Under the pieces are notes generated by a model. That model had not been told where the DNA came from. It did not search any database and saw nothing but the letters and a program-made list of their open reading frames with translations. Both the position numbers and the translations under genes were made by a program. Shown here piece after piece: positions 24,315 to 37,104 of a DNA stretch of 64,000 bases. Position 1 is the stretch's first letter, and each line of letters starts with the position of its first letter. Source of the stretch: Phaeosaccion multiseriatum. Its lineage: Eukaryota > Protista > Ochrophyta, other classes. The stretch lies in NCBI GenBank assembly GCA_965112735.1, contig OZ218951.1, positions 2,356,001 to 2,420,000 on the forward strand, read 5' to 3'.

Positions 24315-24962
24315 GCGGGGGATGGATGGAGGGAGGGAGGGAGAGAGGAGGGAAGGGAGGAAGGAAGGAAGGAAGGAAACCAGAGGATGGGAGCAGAAAT
24401 GAGATAAGAGTCGTACTTTGCGTTGGAGCTTCTTACTACCTCTCTCATCGATCTTCTATCAATAGAAGTTGACGCAGCAGCAGTGGTGATACAGCAGCCA
24501 GACTGACTGAAAACAGAACACCATGTGCCACCCGCCCGTCTGCCCAGCGCTTCGGATTTGTGTGCATGTGGCTGTGTATATATTGAGATAAATCGATCGA
24601 TCGATAAGCAAAGCAGCCCCTTTCTTGCGTTCTTGCCGTGTTTCGTCACCCCATGAGGGAAAGGCCCCCAACCACACATACCCAACCATCTCGCATGGTT
24701 CTCATCCTCGCTTTGAATGAAAGCTTCGCTTCCCCTTCCTTCAGGCCCCTCCCTCCACCCTACCCCACCCCCTGATCCTCTCCGCACCAATTAATAGTCG
24801 CATCCTCCCCTCCCTCCCTCCCTCCCTCCCTCCCTCCCTCCCTCCCTCCCTCCTTCCTTACGATACCTGCCCTGCAAATGAAATTGAACCCAATTCCGTA
24901 CAAGCTTTACTAGATACATGCAACACAAGTTGGATGAACAAGGGCTGTTGGTTCTTCACTCT

Positions 24963-25387
24963 TCACTTTTCCGCCGCCGAATTGGCCGAGTTGCGAAGGT
25001 AATGCAGGAGAGCCGTGCCCTCCTCGTCGGCCTTGCCCTTGCCCTTCTTCGCTGCCGCTGGTGGTGCCCCCGATGCCGCCTCCTTCCCTGCTGTTACCAC
25101 TGCAGCCTCTGCCTCGGCCGCTGCTGCCGCTGCTGCTGCCGCTGCCGCCGCTTTCTTTCCACCAGAGACAGGGCTACCGCCCTTTGAGGCGCTGCCGCCC
25201 TTTGCAAGGCTCTTGTCGGCTGCTTTCCCCTCCTTAGTGGTGCCGGAAGAGGAAGGCTGCCCTGACATGGGTCTCTTCGCTCTCGGGTTGCTGACCGCAC
25301 CGCTGCCAGTGCGGCTGGTCGTGGCGGTGGAGGGGGGAGCAGGTGTAGCAGGGTGTGCTGTGGCCGCCTCTTCTTTCTCTGGACGCA

Positions 25388-25418
<31 letters not shown>

Positions 25419-25822
25419 CGGCGCATGATCCTTCTTGGTGCCATTGCCGCCCTCAGCAGTCTCAGACGATGCACCACCATCACCACCACCACCGCCGCCG
25501 CCACCACTACCAGTAGTAGTAGTCGGAGCAGCAGCAGTAGCAGCAGCAGCAATAGGAGTAGTAGCAGTAGCAGTAGCAGTACCAGAAGCAGAAGCAGGAG
25601 CAGGAGCAGGAGCAACGGCAACAGCAGCAGGAGAAAATTCGGGTTTGCGCCGCTTCCTTGGCGGCACAGAGCCTCCTAGCACCGCCACCGCTGGGGTACC
25701 TCCCTTGGCACCACCACCAGTGCCCTCCCCACCAACCAACCCATTGCTATTGCTCCCATCAGCCCCATTGGATGTGTTGCCAGGCGTCAGATCCGCGGTG
25801 ACCACACCCTCCACAGACGGCA

Positions 25823-25856
<34 letters not shown>

Positions 25857-26116
25857 CCTCTTGGCCGCTTTCCGTGCCCTCCCTCCTACTGCGGCTTCTC
25901 CTGCTCCCGGATCAGCCGAACGGGCAGCAGCACCCATGACTGCGGCTGAGAACGACGGCAACAGACGGCCCCCAGGGCCCATTTTCGCAGCGTCCCCCCC
26001 AATACTGCTCTCAACAGCCGCAGAAGCAGTAGAAGTAGCAGCAGCAGCAGCAGCAGCACCGGATTTGGTTTGCCGTCGCTGTTTCCGCATAGGTCCATCG
26101 TCCTGTCCCCCCTCCA

Positions 26117-26158
<42 letters not shown>

Positions 26159-26726
26159 GGCGGTAGTCCTCATCCCCCTTGCCCTCCTTGCCATCATCAT
26201 GCCCCCTACCTTCAGCTTTGCCCCCTGCTCGTCCGTCGACCGCTGTATCGTTCAGCAAGTTCTCCACGGGGAGCCTGTTGACGAAGCTTGGCGGCCTCTC
26301 TGCGGCCACCCGACCGCCACCACCGCCGCTGCCAACGCCGCTCTTTCTCTTGTGCCTGCCGCTCCTGACCGCCGCTCCAATCGCATCATCACCACCACCA
26401 CCGCCTGCGTCATCGTCGACAGAGGTGCTGCTGACGCTACTCAGATCTTTGGAGCGCAAGCCGTCAAAGCTGTTCTGCTTTTCCTTTCCTCCTAAGCCCC
26501 CGCCGAGCACAGGGCGGGAGGTGGGTAGCTCAGAGAGGTCCGGAGTCCCTCTCTCCTCTCCCAGAGCATTGTTGGTGCCTCCTCCTCCTCCTCCTCCTGC
26601 TCCTGCTCCTCGCCCCTTCTCGCCCCCCCCCCCCGCGCGCTTTTCTCCTCCGTCTGTTGCCCTGGCTGCTATTGCTTCTCCCGCTGCTGCGGCAACTGTT
26701 GCTGCTGCTGTTGCTGCTACTTTTGC

Positions 26727-26766
<40 letters not shown>

Positions 26767-26948
26767 ATCGCGAACTGCTGCTGCTGTTGCTGCTGCTGGT
26801 GCTGCTGTATGGCATACATATCTGGCCCCAAGGATGCATCCCAAACCGCCCGGTTGCCCCCCCCTCCTCCTCCGCCACCCCCCGCGGAAGACGCCTGACC
26901 CACAGTCCCAGGGGGGAAGGCGCTGCCTCCAGATCCCCTTTGCATCAT

Positions 26949-27016
<68 letters not shown>

Positions 27017-27737
27017 GCTGCTGCTGCATTTGCATTTGCTGCCGCACATGCAATTGCTGCTGCATTTGCTGCTGCATTTGCATGTGGTACAACTTCTCCT
27101 GGTACGCTTGCAGCGGGTGCTGCTGTGTCACCAGCTGCTGCTGCTGCTGCAGCTGCTGCTCTCCTCCTCCTCCTCCTCCTCCTCCTCCTCCTCCTCCTCC
27201 TCCGCCTCCCCCACCACCAGCACCAGCACCACCACCTCCTGCCCCTCCCCCTCCCCCTCCTTGTTGTGGTTGCTGTGAAGCATGCTGCTGCTGCGGTGCG
27301 TGCGGGTACGGAAGCTGCCGCCCTCCCCCTCCTCCCCCCCCTCGTCCTGCCCCCCCCCCCGCGCCTCCTCCTCCTCCCCTGGAAGTCACGGTACCACCGG
27401 GGTAGAGATTGGGCGCCAAATTGTGCCCTCGCCCTCGAGTCATGCCAGGCAACCCCCCTGGGGCCAGCCCCCCGGGAGGCACCCCCCCGGGGGGTAAGCC
27501 AGGCAGCCCCACCCTTCGCGGAGGAGGAGGGCCGGCAAAATAACCGAGGGGTGCCCCGCTTGCTCCCCCTCCTCCTCCTCCTCCTCCTCCTCCCGCCGCT
27601 GAGGCCGCCACGGCAGCAGCAGCAGAGGGTGGATCAGTGGGCCATCTTCCTGCGTGCTGCGGGTAGTGATACATGCGCTTGTCTCCTCCGTCACCGCCAT
27701 CTGCTGCTGGCACCAAACCAGCTGCTGCTGCTCCCCC

Positions 27738-27771
<34 letters not shown>

Positions 27772-29455
27772 ACATCAGCCCCCCCCATGCTCGCCTTGGC
27801 CCCTTCCAAAGCGCCTGCCACCACCCCCTTCTTGTCCCCCGCCTTTCGCAGCTTGCCGCTCCCGTCATCGGAAGGAGACATCAGTAGGCCTATGGGCACG
27901 AACGGAGTAGTTAAACGGAGAGAGATCGAGAGAGAGAGAGGTCGAGAGAGAGAGAGAGAGAGAGGTCGAGGAGAGATCGAGAGAGAGAGGAGAGAGAGAG
28001 AGTAGTCAGAGGCAGGCGGCGACTGATGAGATACCAAGGGCCTCTTCCCCGGACGGAGCCATGCTCCACCACCCATCAGCAGCACCACCACAGCCTACCC
28101 CCACCCAGCACCCCCAGCACCTCACGCACCTGCTCCTACCCCTCCTCCTCCTCGAGTCCCTCCCAAGGGCGAGCTCTGGGACACCGCCACCGCCGTCGTT
28201 GCTGCACTGGCCGCAGCCACTTTGGCCGCCTGGTGGATGGCAGCCGATGAGGGTATGGAGTAGGGCTGTCCAGAAGGGGGCTGGGAGGGGGGGGCGGAGG
28301 AGGAGGAGGAGGAGGAGGAGGAGGAGGTGGGGTGCGCCGACGAAGACGAAGAGGGAGGGGGCGACACGTGGCGGTTGTGGAAGGGCGGGCCTTCGTCAGT
28401 GGGTGCACGCCCCCCTGCAAGCACGGAGGCAATGAGGGGGTCGTTCATGTTGATGCCCGTGTGTTGGTACTGAATGTGCTTCTTGCGATCGAATTTGCGT
28501 GTGAATCGCATGCCGCAGGACTCGACGGGGCAACCGAAGGGCCTGCTTCGGGAGTGGGTTCTCTCATGACTGTGCAAGTCGGAGAGACGAGCGAAGCGTC
28601 GGCTGCAGCTGACGTGTTGGCACTCGTACGGCTTCTCTCCTGTGTAAGATATGTATGTATGGGAAGGGCGGAAGGGGGGTGGGGTGGTGATGGGCCAGAC
28701 GATACGACCAACGCGTCAAGGAAACAGACAGCGACGACGACGACGACGACGACGAGGAGGAGGAGGAGGAGGAGGAAGAGGAGGAGGAGGAGGAGGAGGA
28801 GAGGATGCGTGCAAGGTCGCGTCCCAATACTTGTAAGAAGCGGCTCTTCTGCACAGGTGCCACCCCACATACTCAAGGAACTGACGCACCAATGACTCTC
28901 TTCCCATGTGCCTCAAATCTCTACTCTTCCTCCCTCCCCTTCCGCTTCGAATGCTTGTCACTCACCAGTGTGCACGCGGCGGTGTGTGACAACGTCTGCC
29001 TTCCTGGAGAAGGCTCGATGGCACACATCGCACGCGTACTTTTTCTTCCCGGTATGCACCTCCTGATGCCTGCGCAGATTCCCCTTGAGAGTGAAGGTTT
29101 TCCCACACCCCTCCTTGTTGCACTTGAAGACCGCCCGGCCATTGGAATTCGTCTGGGCCGAAACAACGGCGACTTTGGGGCAACCCGGCAGCGCCGTGAG
29201 ATGTTTGGTGGCGGTGGGCTGCCTTGGGGCATTGAAGGTGTTCATTGGTGCACTCCCGCTCGCCCGAGCCGCGGCCACTGCCGCTGTCGCTGCTGCCGTC
29301 GCCGCTGTTGTCGCAGCTTGTGCTGCACCTGCTGGTACTGCTCCCGCCGCCCCCGCAGCCGGTGCTCCGGCCGCCGGTGCTCCCGCTGCCATCGTTGGAG
29401 CTGCTGCTGCTGTCGGCCCCGCTAACGCCCCCGCTACTGGGGCTACGGCAGCCAT
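24963..29455 (-). CDS. C2H2 zinc-finger transcription factor (4 fingers) with long Gln/Gly/Ala-rich C-terminus; exons 29455-28966, 28639-28130, 27889-24963 (start codon uncertain)
   Basis: FKCNKEGCGKTFTLKGNLRRHQEVH-TGKKKY-ACDVCHRAFSRKADVVTHRRVH-TG|EKPY-ECQHVSCSRRFARLSDLHSHERTH-SRSRPF-GCPVESCGMRFTRKFDRKKHIQYQH. Both introns are phase 1 and consistent. Confidence 0.9.
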
Positions 29456-29834
29456 GGTCTCTACTTTGTTCACAGTTATTGCCTCTCCTAAACACTTCAA
29501 TGGCGGTGTCCGTTCTTTGGAGAAGAAAACGGCCCCCCGGCCTCAGCGTAATTAAGGGAGTGGCAGTAGGTAAGCGGCGCTCTTCCCTCTCTTCTCTTGT
29601 GGCAATCTCTTCCCCTCCGCCTCGTATACGCCACCGCCTTGCTCCTCTCTGTTAAACCTTGCGCCGATGGCGGCCACCCTCGGATCGAGAAGGAGGGGGA
29701 AGTGGCCCATATACCTCCATCCACAATCTTCTCCCTTCCTTCCTGTTTGTTTCCCTCCCCCCCCCTGACGCTTCAATTGCCCGCTGTCTTTCTGGTCAGC
29801 TTCCCCAGCCTCAGGTGGAGCTGGCGTGGACTCC

Positions 29835-30289
29835 ATGAGAAGGAGGAGGAGGCAGAGGACCGAGAGCGCTTGCTCGAGGCTGGTTGTGGCCGTCACGGTG
29901 AGCAGTCTGCTCTCGGCGCAAGACAGACAGGCCAGGAAGAGTAGGACGAGCAGCAGCGGCGTGGTTTCCTCCTTCGAGCTGGGGACGGGTGGCGTGGGGG
30001 TGGTCCGGCAGCCACAGCGAACCAGGGTACTAGGGCGAGGCAGCGCACTGTCATCATCGCATGCATCATGGGCAAGAGGAGCAGGAGCAGGAGCAGGAGC
30101 AGGATCAGGAGGTCCAGGAGCAACAAGAAGGAAGAGAAGCAGCGATTGTCTTGGCCGAGGAGAAAGGCAGTGTTCAGTTCTACTTTTGGCAGCCAAAGAG
30201 GTAGGCGCAGCAGGAAGAGTTACAACCTCGACATCGGTCGCGACGGGGGAGGGAGGAGGGTCTATGCAGCGACGGCAGCAACAGCAGTG

Positions 30290-30322
<33 letters not shown>

Positions 30323-31787
30323 GGAGGAGGAGGGTCAGGATGAGCCAAAAGACGAGAAGGGGAGGAGGCGGCAGCGAATCGCGTGGTATGAGGCAAAGCT
30401 AGAGGAGTTGGGGAATGGGGCCAAGAGCGGCGACATCCGGCGAATTTTGGGCACGATGAGGAAGGAGGGACTGCTGGGAGATGGTGATGAGAACAAGAAT
30501 AACGAGGAGGAGGAACATGGAGGAGGACGAGGAGGAGGAGGAGGCCAGCGGATTTATGCACTTGCCATCAAAGCCGCCGGCATGTGCAAGAAGTGGCAGC
30601 TAGCGCTGGACCTGCACAGGGAGATGGTGCAAGAGGATGGCATTGAGCCAGACTTGTTCACCTTTCGCGCCGCCATTGACGCGCAGGCGGGCTCGGGCAA
30701 GTGGAAGACGGCCCTCGCGCTCTTGAAAGAGATGCAGGAGGAGGGGGAGGAGGAGAGGGGGCGCCGACGAGGACGGCGAGGAAGAGGAGGAGGAGCAGGA
30801 CTCCGGCCCGACGTGGGCATCTATAACAGCGTCATGCGGGCGTTACTGGGTGCAAAGAAGATCGTGGGCTACACCAAGAAGAAGACGCACTACAACCAGA
30901 TTCTGAGGTTGCTTGTGCACATGTCTACTCAAGGCGTGGAGCCGGACGGACACTCCTTCGCGGCGGCCATCAACGGGTGTGCTAAGGGAGGGAATTGGAA
31001 GGCTGCCCTTGGTCTGCTGCGGCAGATGGAGCGCAGCGGTCTTGAACCCCAACTCGACCAGTTCACCACCGTAGTCAAGACGTGCGCAGCGGCGGTGAGT
31101 GAGTGAGTGAGTGAGTGGGTGAGTGAGTGGGTTGAGTTGGGTGGGGGGATGTCTGGCAGAGTCGTATGTGTGTGTGTGTGTGTGTGTGTGTGCACTCCAT
31201 CGCTCACCCCGTCACTCCCTCACCCACTCACCCCTTCTCCCTCTCCTCCACCCCATCCCTCCCTCCCTCCCTCCCTCCCTCCCTCCCTCTCTCCATCTCA
31301 ACCCATTCCAACAGAAAAAGTGGAGCCTGGCCCAAGGTGTGCTAGACGTTATGCGAGATCGTAGCCTCCACCCCGATGCCACGCTGTTCTGCTCTCTCAT
31401 CCACGGATGTGCCAAGACCGCCAATTGGCAGAGGGCTTTGCGCTTCCTCACTTACATGGGGAGTGTTGATGGGGGGGTGCGTCCCAACACTTACTGCTAC
31501 AACGCCGCTATTGACTGCTGTGGCCGGGCAAACAGGTGGGGCGCGTGGTTTGATGGGGAGGTGGGCGCGTGCGTGCGTGGGTGGGTGGGTGGTTGCGTGG
31601 GTGCGTGGGTGGGAGGGTGCGTGGAGGGGGAGGTGTGTGGGTTGGGAGGGGGGTGGTGCGGAGTATGTATACATTCAAGTGTACCGGAGCAGAGAGGGAG
31701 AGAGAGAGAGAGAGAGGGTGACACCATGTTGACATACGGAGACAGAGGTTTAGACGCACACACGCACTCAAAACGAAGCGTCCATCC

Positions 31788-31822
<35 letters not shown>

Positions 31823-33947
31823 CACACACAGATGGGAGAAGGCCGTATCGCTTTTGAATCACATGGAGGCCCTGGGTTCGAGGGACCCTGATGCCGCACC
31901 AGATGTGGTGACGTACAACAGCGTCATCAAGGCCTGCGCCAACAGCAACGAGTGGGTGCGAGCCGTCAGTGTGCTGTACGACATGTACTTCAAGGTACGC
32001 CAACCTGTGAACCAACGTGTGATCCGTACGCCAACCTGTGATGGGCTCTCGCTCTGCGCTTGCCCTCATCCCTGCTCCCCCCCCCCCCCCCAAACACACA
32101 GGGCGTCAAGCCCAACGAGCGGAGCTACTTGTCAGCCATCCACGCCTGCTCCAAGTGCGGGCGGTGGGAGGAGGCTGTGAGTCTGCTGAGGGAGGCGTCG
32201 CATGTGGGGTTGAGGCCCAATGTACACATTTATGCCTCGGCCATGCACGCCTGTGCCCAGGGGGGCAAGTGGGAGATGGTGACGAAGTTGCATGCGGAGG
32301 TGCGTGCTCTCAGCCAACCTCAGCAGCCAATGGGAGGAGGAGGAGGAGGAGGAGGAGGAGGAGGAGGAGGAGGAGGAGGAGGAGGAGGAGGAGGAGGAAG
32401 CAAGGGCGCTACTCACCGGAGCGGCTCTTCCGACAGCGGCAGCAGCAGCAGAAGTAGTAGTGGTGGTAGGCGGGGGGGGAGGGGGTTGGCAGCTGATGGT
32501 GGTGAGGCGAGTCTGGTGAAGATGAACCGGATGATCATGAACGTCGCCATCCAGGCCTGCGGGCATCAGGAGGTATGTCGCGCACACGCCCACACCCGCC
32601 CACGAGACTGCCCTACCCCTCACCTTGACCCCGGACCCGGACCCTGACCCTAATCCTGACCCACACCCTCACCCTCACCCTGACCCTCACCCTGACCCTC
32701 ACCCTGACCCTGCGTATCCTGTCCCTGGCCCTGCCCCTGTTCCCTCCCCTCCCCTCCCCTCCCCTCCCCCCCCCCCCTCACTCCCACTCCTAATCCCTCC
32801 CTTCTTCCTCTGCTGCTGGCAGGGGAGCGCGGAGCTCGCTCTATCTCTCCTGGATGAGATGGTCGCTAACCGCTGCTGGCCCAACCGCGTGAATTACAAC
32901 ACGGCCATCACTGCCTGCGCCAACGACCGGCAGATCGATAAGGCGCTCGAGCTCTTTACTCGCATGCGGGATGGTGCCGTAAAAGGCGTCACTCCTGACA
33001 TCATCACCTACAACTGTATGCTCTCTGCCTGTGCCAAGACGAGCAACTGGGAGGCTGCCTTGGCGATTCTCAACGCAATGGAGTCGGGAGGGGAATCTTC
33101 TTTTCCTTCTTCATCTTCCTCTTGTCCTCCTCCTCCTCACCTTTCCATTGACGCTGGTACTGGCAACAACAACAGCAACAACAGCAACATCGGGCCCCCC
33201 ATTGCTCAGAGTGATCGGACGAGCGCAACAGCACCTCGCAACGCCAATACTGCAGTGACCACCCCTCCGCCACCGCCAACCCCCATTCCTAAGCCCAACA
33301 TTATGACCTACAGTGTGGTCATGGACGCATGTGCCATGGGGGGTCGCCTGGAGGAGGCGCTGGAGGTGTGGGCGCGTGTCAAAGCCCTTCCTGGGCAGCT
33401 CCGGCCCAATGTGTACACGTACAACGCGCTGGTCAAGGCGTGTGTGCACTCGGGAGACTGGCAGAGAGGGATGGATTTTATGGAGGAGATGACCGTCAAA
33501 CGTGAGTGGGTGGGTGGGTGGGTGACACTTTAGATGTAGGCGACACAGGCGGGAAAATGTCTAGTCGCTTGTCGCGTATAGCCCGCTTATCTTACCTCCC
33601 TCCCTCCCTCCCGCCCGCCCGCCTTATCTTCTTGCTCTCTCCCACCAGGCGTGCCTCCAGACCTCTACACATACAAGCAAGCCATCCTGGCGTGCTGCGT
33701 GGCCAACGAAAAGCCCACCGCCTTGCTGCTCATCGACGACTTGAGAGGCCTCGGTAGGCCTATCGAGGTGCCGACATACTACGCGCTTTCAGACGCCTTC
33801 GGTCCCAATGTGCTCATCGATCGTCACGAGGGGGATGCCCACACCAGTTGGAGACCCAAAAACCCCAAGGGCAAGAGATATCAGGGTCTGAAGCGCCCGG
33901 TTGTGATTCGGAGGCCCTTTTTGGAGGATGACGACGAGGAGGGGTAG
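29835..33947 (+). CDS. Pentatricopeptide repeat (PPR) protein, probably organelle-targeted; exons 29835-31094, 31315-31535, 31832-31994, 32102-32572, 32823-33501, 33649-33947
   Basis: Many ~35-aa repeats, e.g. PDVVTYNSVIKACANSNEWVRAVSVLYDM, PDIITYNCMLSACAKTSNWEAALAILNAM, PNVYTYNALVKACVHSGDWQRGMDFMEEM. Confidence 0.93.
32626..32711 (+). repeat. Degenerate CCCT(G/C/A)A hexamer array in a PPR intron
   Basis: About 14 hexamer units (gacccg, gaccct, caccct, aatcct) are visible. Confidence 0.8.
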
Positions 33948-34441
33948 GGGGAGGAGGAGGAGGAGGAGGAGGAGGAGGAGGAGGAGGAGGAGGAGGAGGA
34001 GGAGGGGGAGGAGGAGGAGGAGGGCAGAGGCCACCGGCAAACAGATGAAAGGAAGGGTAGAAGGGCGAGGGGGAGGGAGACGAGGTGGGGAGGACAGTAT
34101 GGGAGGTGGAGGAGGAGGAGGAGGAGGAGGAGAGAGGAGGAACGAGGCGGAGAGCAGCACAAGGAGAGGGGACACAACAACACCGGGTTCTTTCTGTTCT
34201 CGCTCTACTTGAGTAGTAAATAGCTCGTTTGTTATTATGGGCAGGGATCTTTGTTTTTTTTATTTTAATTTCTCCTTTTTACGGCAAAGTATGAATAATG
34301 CAATAATGCCGCTAAATTTAATTGGTTTATTGGATTAACCTTCCATCCCCTTCGGCCACGAGGCTCCAGCGCCAGCTCCTTCTCCTTGTGTGGCATCTTC
34401 CTCTTATCCTTCCTCCAACACATTCACGGCTTATTGTCTTG

Positions 34442-35946
34442 TTATTGCTCTTGTTCTTGTTCACCCTCCAGCAGCTCGGGAGTGATGCCGAGGTCGCCTC
34501 TGACACGGTGGTTGCGCTCAATCTGCCGACTTAAGTTCACGGCCTGTCCCCTGCTCGCCACCGTCTGTCGCAATCTGGGTTGTTAGAGGTCGATGGGGTG
34601 TGAGATTGCACGTGGGTAAGGGTGACAATCATCCATGCATCCATTGCCATCCATTGCCATACACTGAATTCATTCATGCATCCATTGCCATCCACTGCAT
34701 TCATCCATCCATCCATTGCCATCCCTTCCCCTTTCATGCATCCATCCAATTATTCATATTCAGGCTAGCAAACAGCGTGTGAGAGTGAGAGATCCTATCC
34801 TTCTCCTTCTCAATTGTAAAGGCCAGGCACTAGTGTGTGTAAGCAGAGTGAGTACGTTTCAGTGACTTATGAGTGCTTCTCAGTGACTTATGGATGCACA
34901 CCTGATGAGGTCCCTTCGGAGGATGGCGGTGTGCTCTAGCACGTGTCGATGCTTGATCTCTCGTATCGCCCCCTTCCCCTGCTCCACGGCCTCTCTCTGC
35001 TCGCGGTACAGCTTGATCTCCTGCAGCAGCGGTTCAGTGGTTCCGTGGTTCCGTGGTTCCGTGGGGGCCGGGGAATAGGGCAAGGAACGGTATGTGGCAA
35101 GTGAGTGGAACGACGTTGACAGAGCGTTATTGGCGGCGCCAGTAAACTCCACGACAACCCCTATGTACCACCAACTCCCATACTTCAAGTACCTTCATGA
35201 AGTCCCGCATGAAGGACAAGTGACCACTCTCCATGGCCAGCTGCACGGGATCAACCTGTCTTCCCATCATCTCACTGCCTGCCCCACTGCTGAGGGCGTG
35301 CGGGTCAGCCCCGTTGTGTAGGAGGGCGAAGGCTGCCTCCAGAGAGGCTTGCTGGCATGCGTAGTGGAGGGGGGAGAGGCCCAGGCCGCGAGTTGTCATC
35401 GCCTCCTTGTTGGCGCCGCTGAGGGGGGGGAGGAGAGAGGGGAAAGGGGAGATGGGGGAGGAGATGGAGGGGGTAAGAGAGGGGAGAGGGGAGGTGACAC
35501 TTTGTTATTATCGTGTGTGTGTGGGGGGGGGAGGCGGACCGAACTGACTCACTGACTTACTATTGCAGGAGGATTTCGATACAGCCCGGGAAGTTGTAGT
35601 GTGCTGCTGTATGCAGCGGAGTCTCCCCCAGACAGTTCTGCTCGTTCGGACTGAGCCCAGCTACACAACATAGCGGGAGGGATGTGCGTGAATATAGGCG
35701 GCAGCAGCAGCGTGGTAGGCCAAAACAAAGTGCAAAGGCAAAAAAGCAACGAGGACGTCAGAAGAGGGTGGCACTAGGGTGCTCGCTGGAGACTTGACAG
35801 GGCTCTTTCACATGCCCACACTTCAGGATGGCAGCACAAGGGCCCTGTTCACACTCGCCACTGGCGGCACTCAGCGGAGCACAAGATGACGTTAGTCTAT
35901 GCGAGTCGACTGTAGGACGTACAACACAAACCAGAAGGCCTCTACT

Positions 35947-35999
<53 letters not shown>

Positions 36000-37018
36000 C
36001 GTCACAGAGCCAGCGGATCATGCGGGCACTCCCTCTCTTGGCCGCCAGCTGACCGAGAGTCAGGGCGGGTTTCTTGTCGTCCATCCCAGAGCGGAAGTCG
36101 CGGGTCTTGCGTCTACCGCCGTCCAGCAGAAGCTGCACGCACTCCTCGTGCCCTCGCTCCACGCTGATGTGAAGGCACGATTTGCCGAACTGTGGAGCAC
36201 GTGGGAAGGCGAGAGACGCGACAAGAGGCAGTATCACCATGCATTGTTAAAGGTTTTGAGACGAGATGCGTATGATGGAAGACGGGCCTTATCCCTTTGG
36301 GAAAAGCTACTTACACCCATTCACGCACTCACATCATTGCCGTGGCAGACGCGAGCCCCCGCCTCCAAGAGAAGGGCGACAATTGCACTCTCCCCTTTGG
36401 CGCAAGCGTGCTCGAGGCATGAGTTCCCACTTCCCCCCAGCCTGTCATCCACCGTATTGACGAGCTCCTCAGCCACGGAACGGTAGTCTCGTATTAGTCT
36501 CCGTATCTCTTCCAGAGTCGCTCCTCTCTCCTCTTGCTGCTGCGCCTCGGTGGCAGCCGCAGCGGCCGACGAGGCAGTGCTGTGAGCCAACAACCCGCCG
36601 GAGAAGCGCCCGCCTGCTGTCTTCTTGCTCTTGTGCTTCTTTTTGCTCTTCTTCTCACCAGCAGCGGCAAATGTGGTTGGAGCACTGCCCATCATTTGGC
36701 CACCAAAGGGCGTCCCCTGCCCCCTAAACATGCTGACAATGTCCTTTGAGCAGAGCTCCACCATTGTTTGCTGGAGAAACACGAGCTCCTTGAAGCTCAG
36801 GCCGCTTCCTCCCCCCCCCCCCCCCCTCCTCCTCCTCCTCCTCCTCCTCCTTCTGCTTCTTCACCTTCCTCCCTCCTAGTACCATCTTCCACGCTCGACG
36901 CCGCTAGGGCAACTGCGGCGGTCGCCCTCTCCAACTCTCTCTGCTGCTCCTCCCGTACCTTAACCTCGTCTTCCCCTTCCTCTTCCCCCTCTTCGCCATA
37001 GTCATCGCTTTCCTTCAT
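34442..37018 (-). CDS. Ankyrin-repeat protein with an apparent frameshift in the C16 run 36811-36826; exons 37018-36333, 36189-36000, 35660-35561, 35418-35193, 35020-34902, 34574-34442
   Basis: ANK repeats GNSCLEHACAKGESAIVALLLEAGA, GKSCLHISVERGHEECVQLLLDGG, GETPLHTAAHYNFRGCIEILLQYGA, GLSPLHYACQQASLEAAFALLHNGAD. Junction phases are consistent. Confidence 0.85.
34631..34749. repeat. Degenerate ATCCATTGCC/ATCC minisatellite in the last ankyrin-gene intron
   Basis: Repeated atccattgcc and atccatgc units are visible. Confidence 0.75.
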
Positions 37019-37104
37019 TTGGTACGTGGTCGAAACGCCATTTATTGCTTAGGCGTGGGCCATTGACTCGGGGGGGGTGCTCAATCATCGCTCCACATCC
37101 TCAA
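37019..37104. promoter_or_regulatory. Putative bidirectional promoter (86 bp) between the ankyrin and Mpv17 genes
   Basis: Head-to-head start codons at 37018(-) and 37105(+). Inferred from geometry only. Confidence 0.5.

Noticed and set aside
24592-24605. (ATCG)n palindromic runs here and near 41495, 50925 and 59118 as a regulatory motif
   Set aside because: They are short tetranucleotide repeats in a genome full of microsatellites, with no consistent position relative to genes.
25015-27910. Long antisense and alternative-frame ORFs over the low-complexity genes (also across 1.6-12 kb and 44-49 kb)
   Set aside because: They are shadow ORFs caused by GC-rich triplet repeats lacking stop codons.
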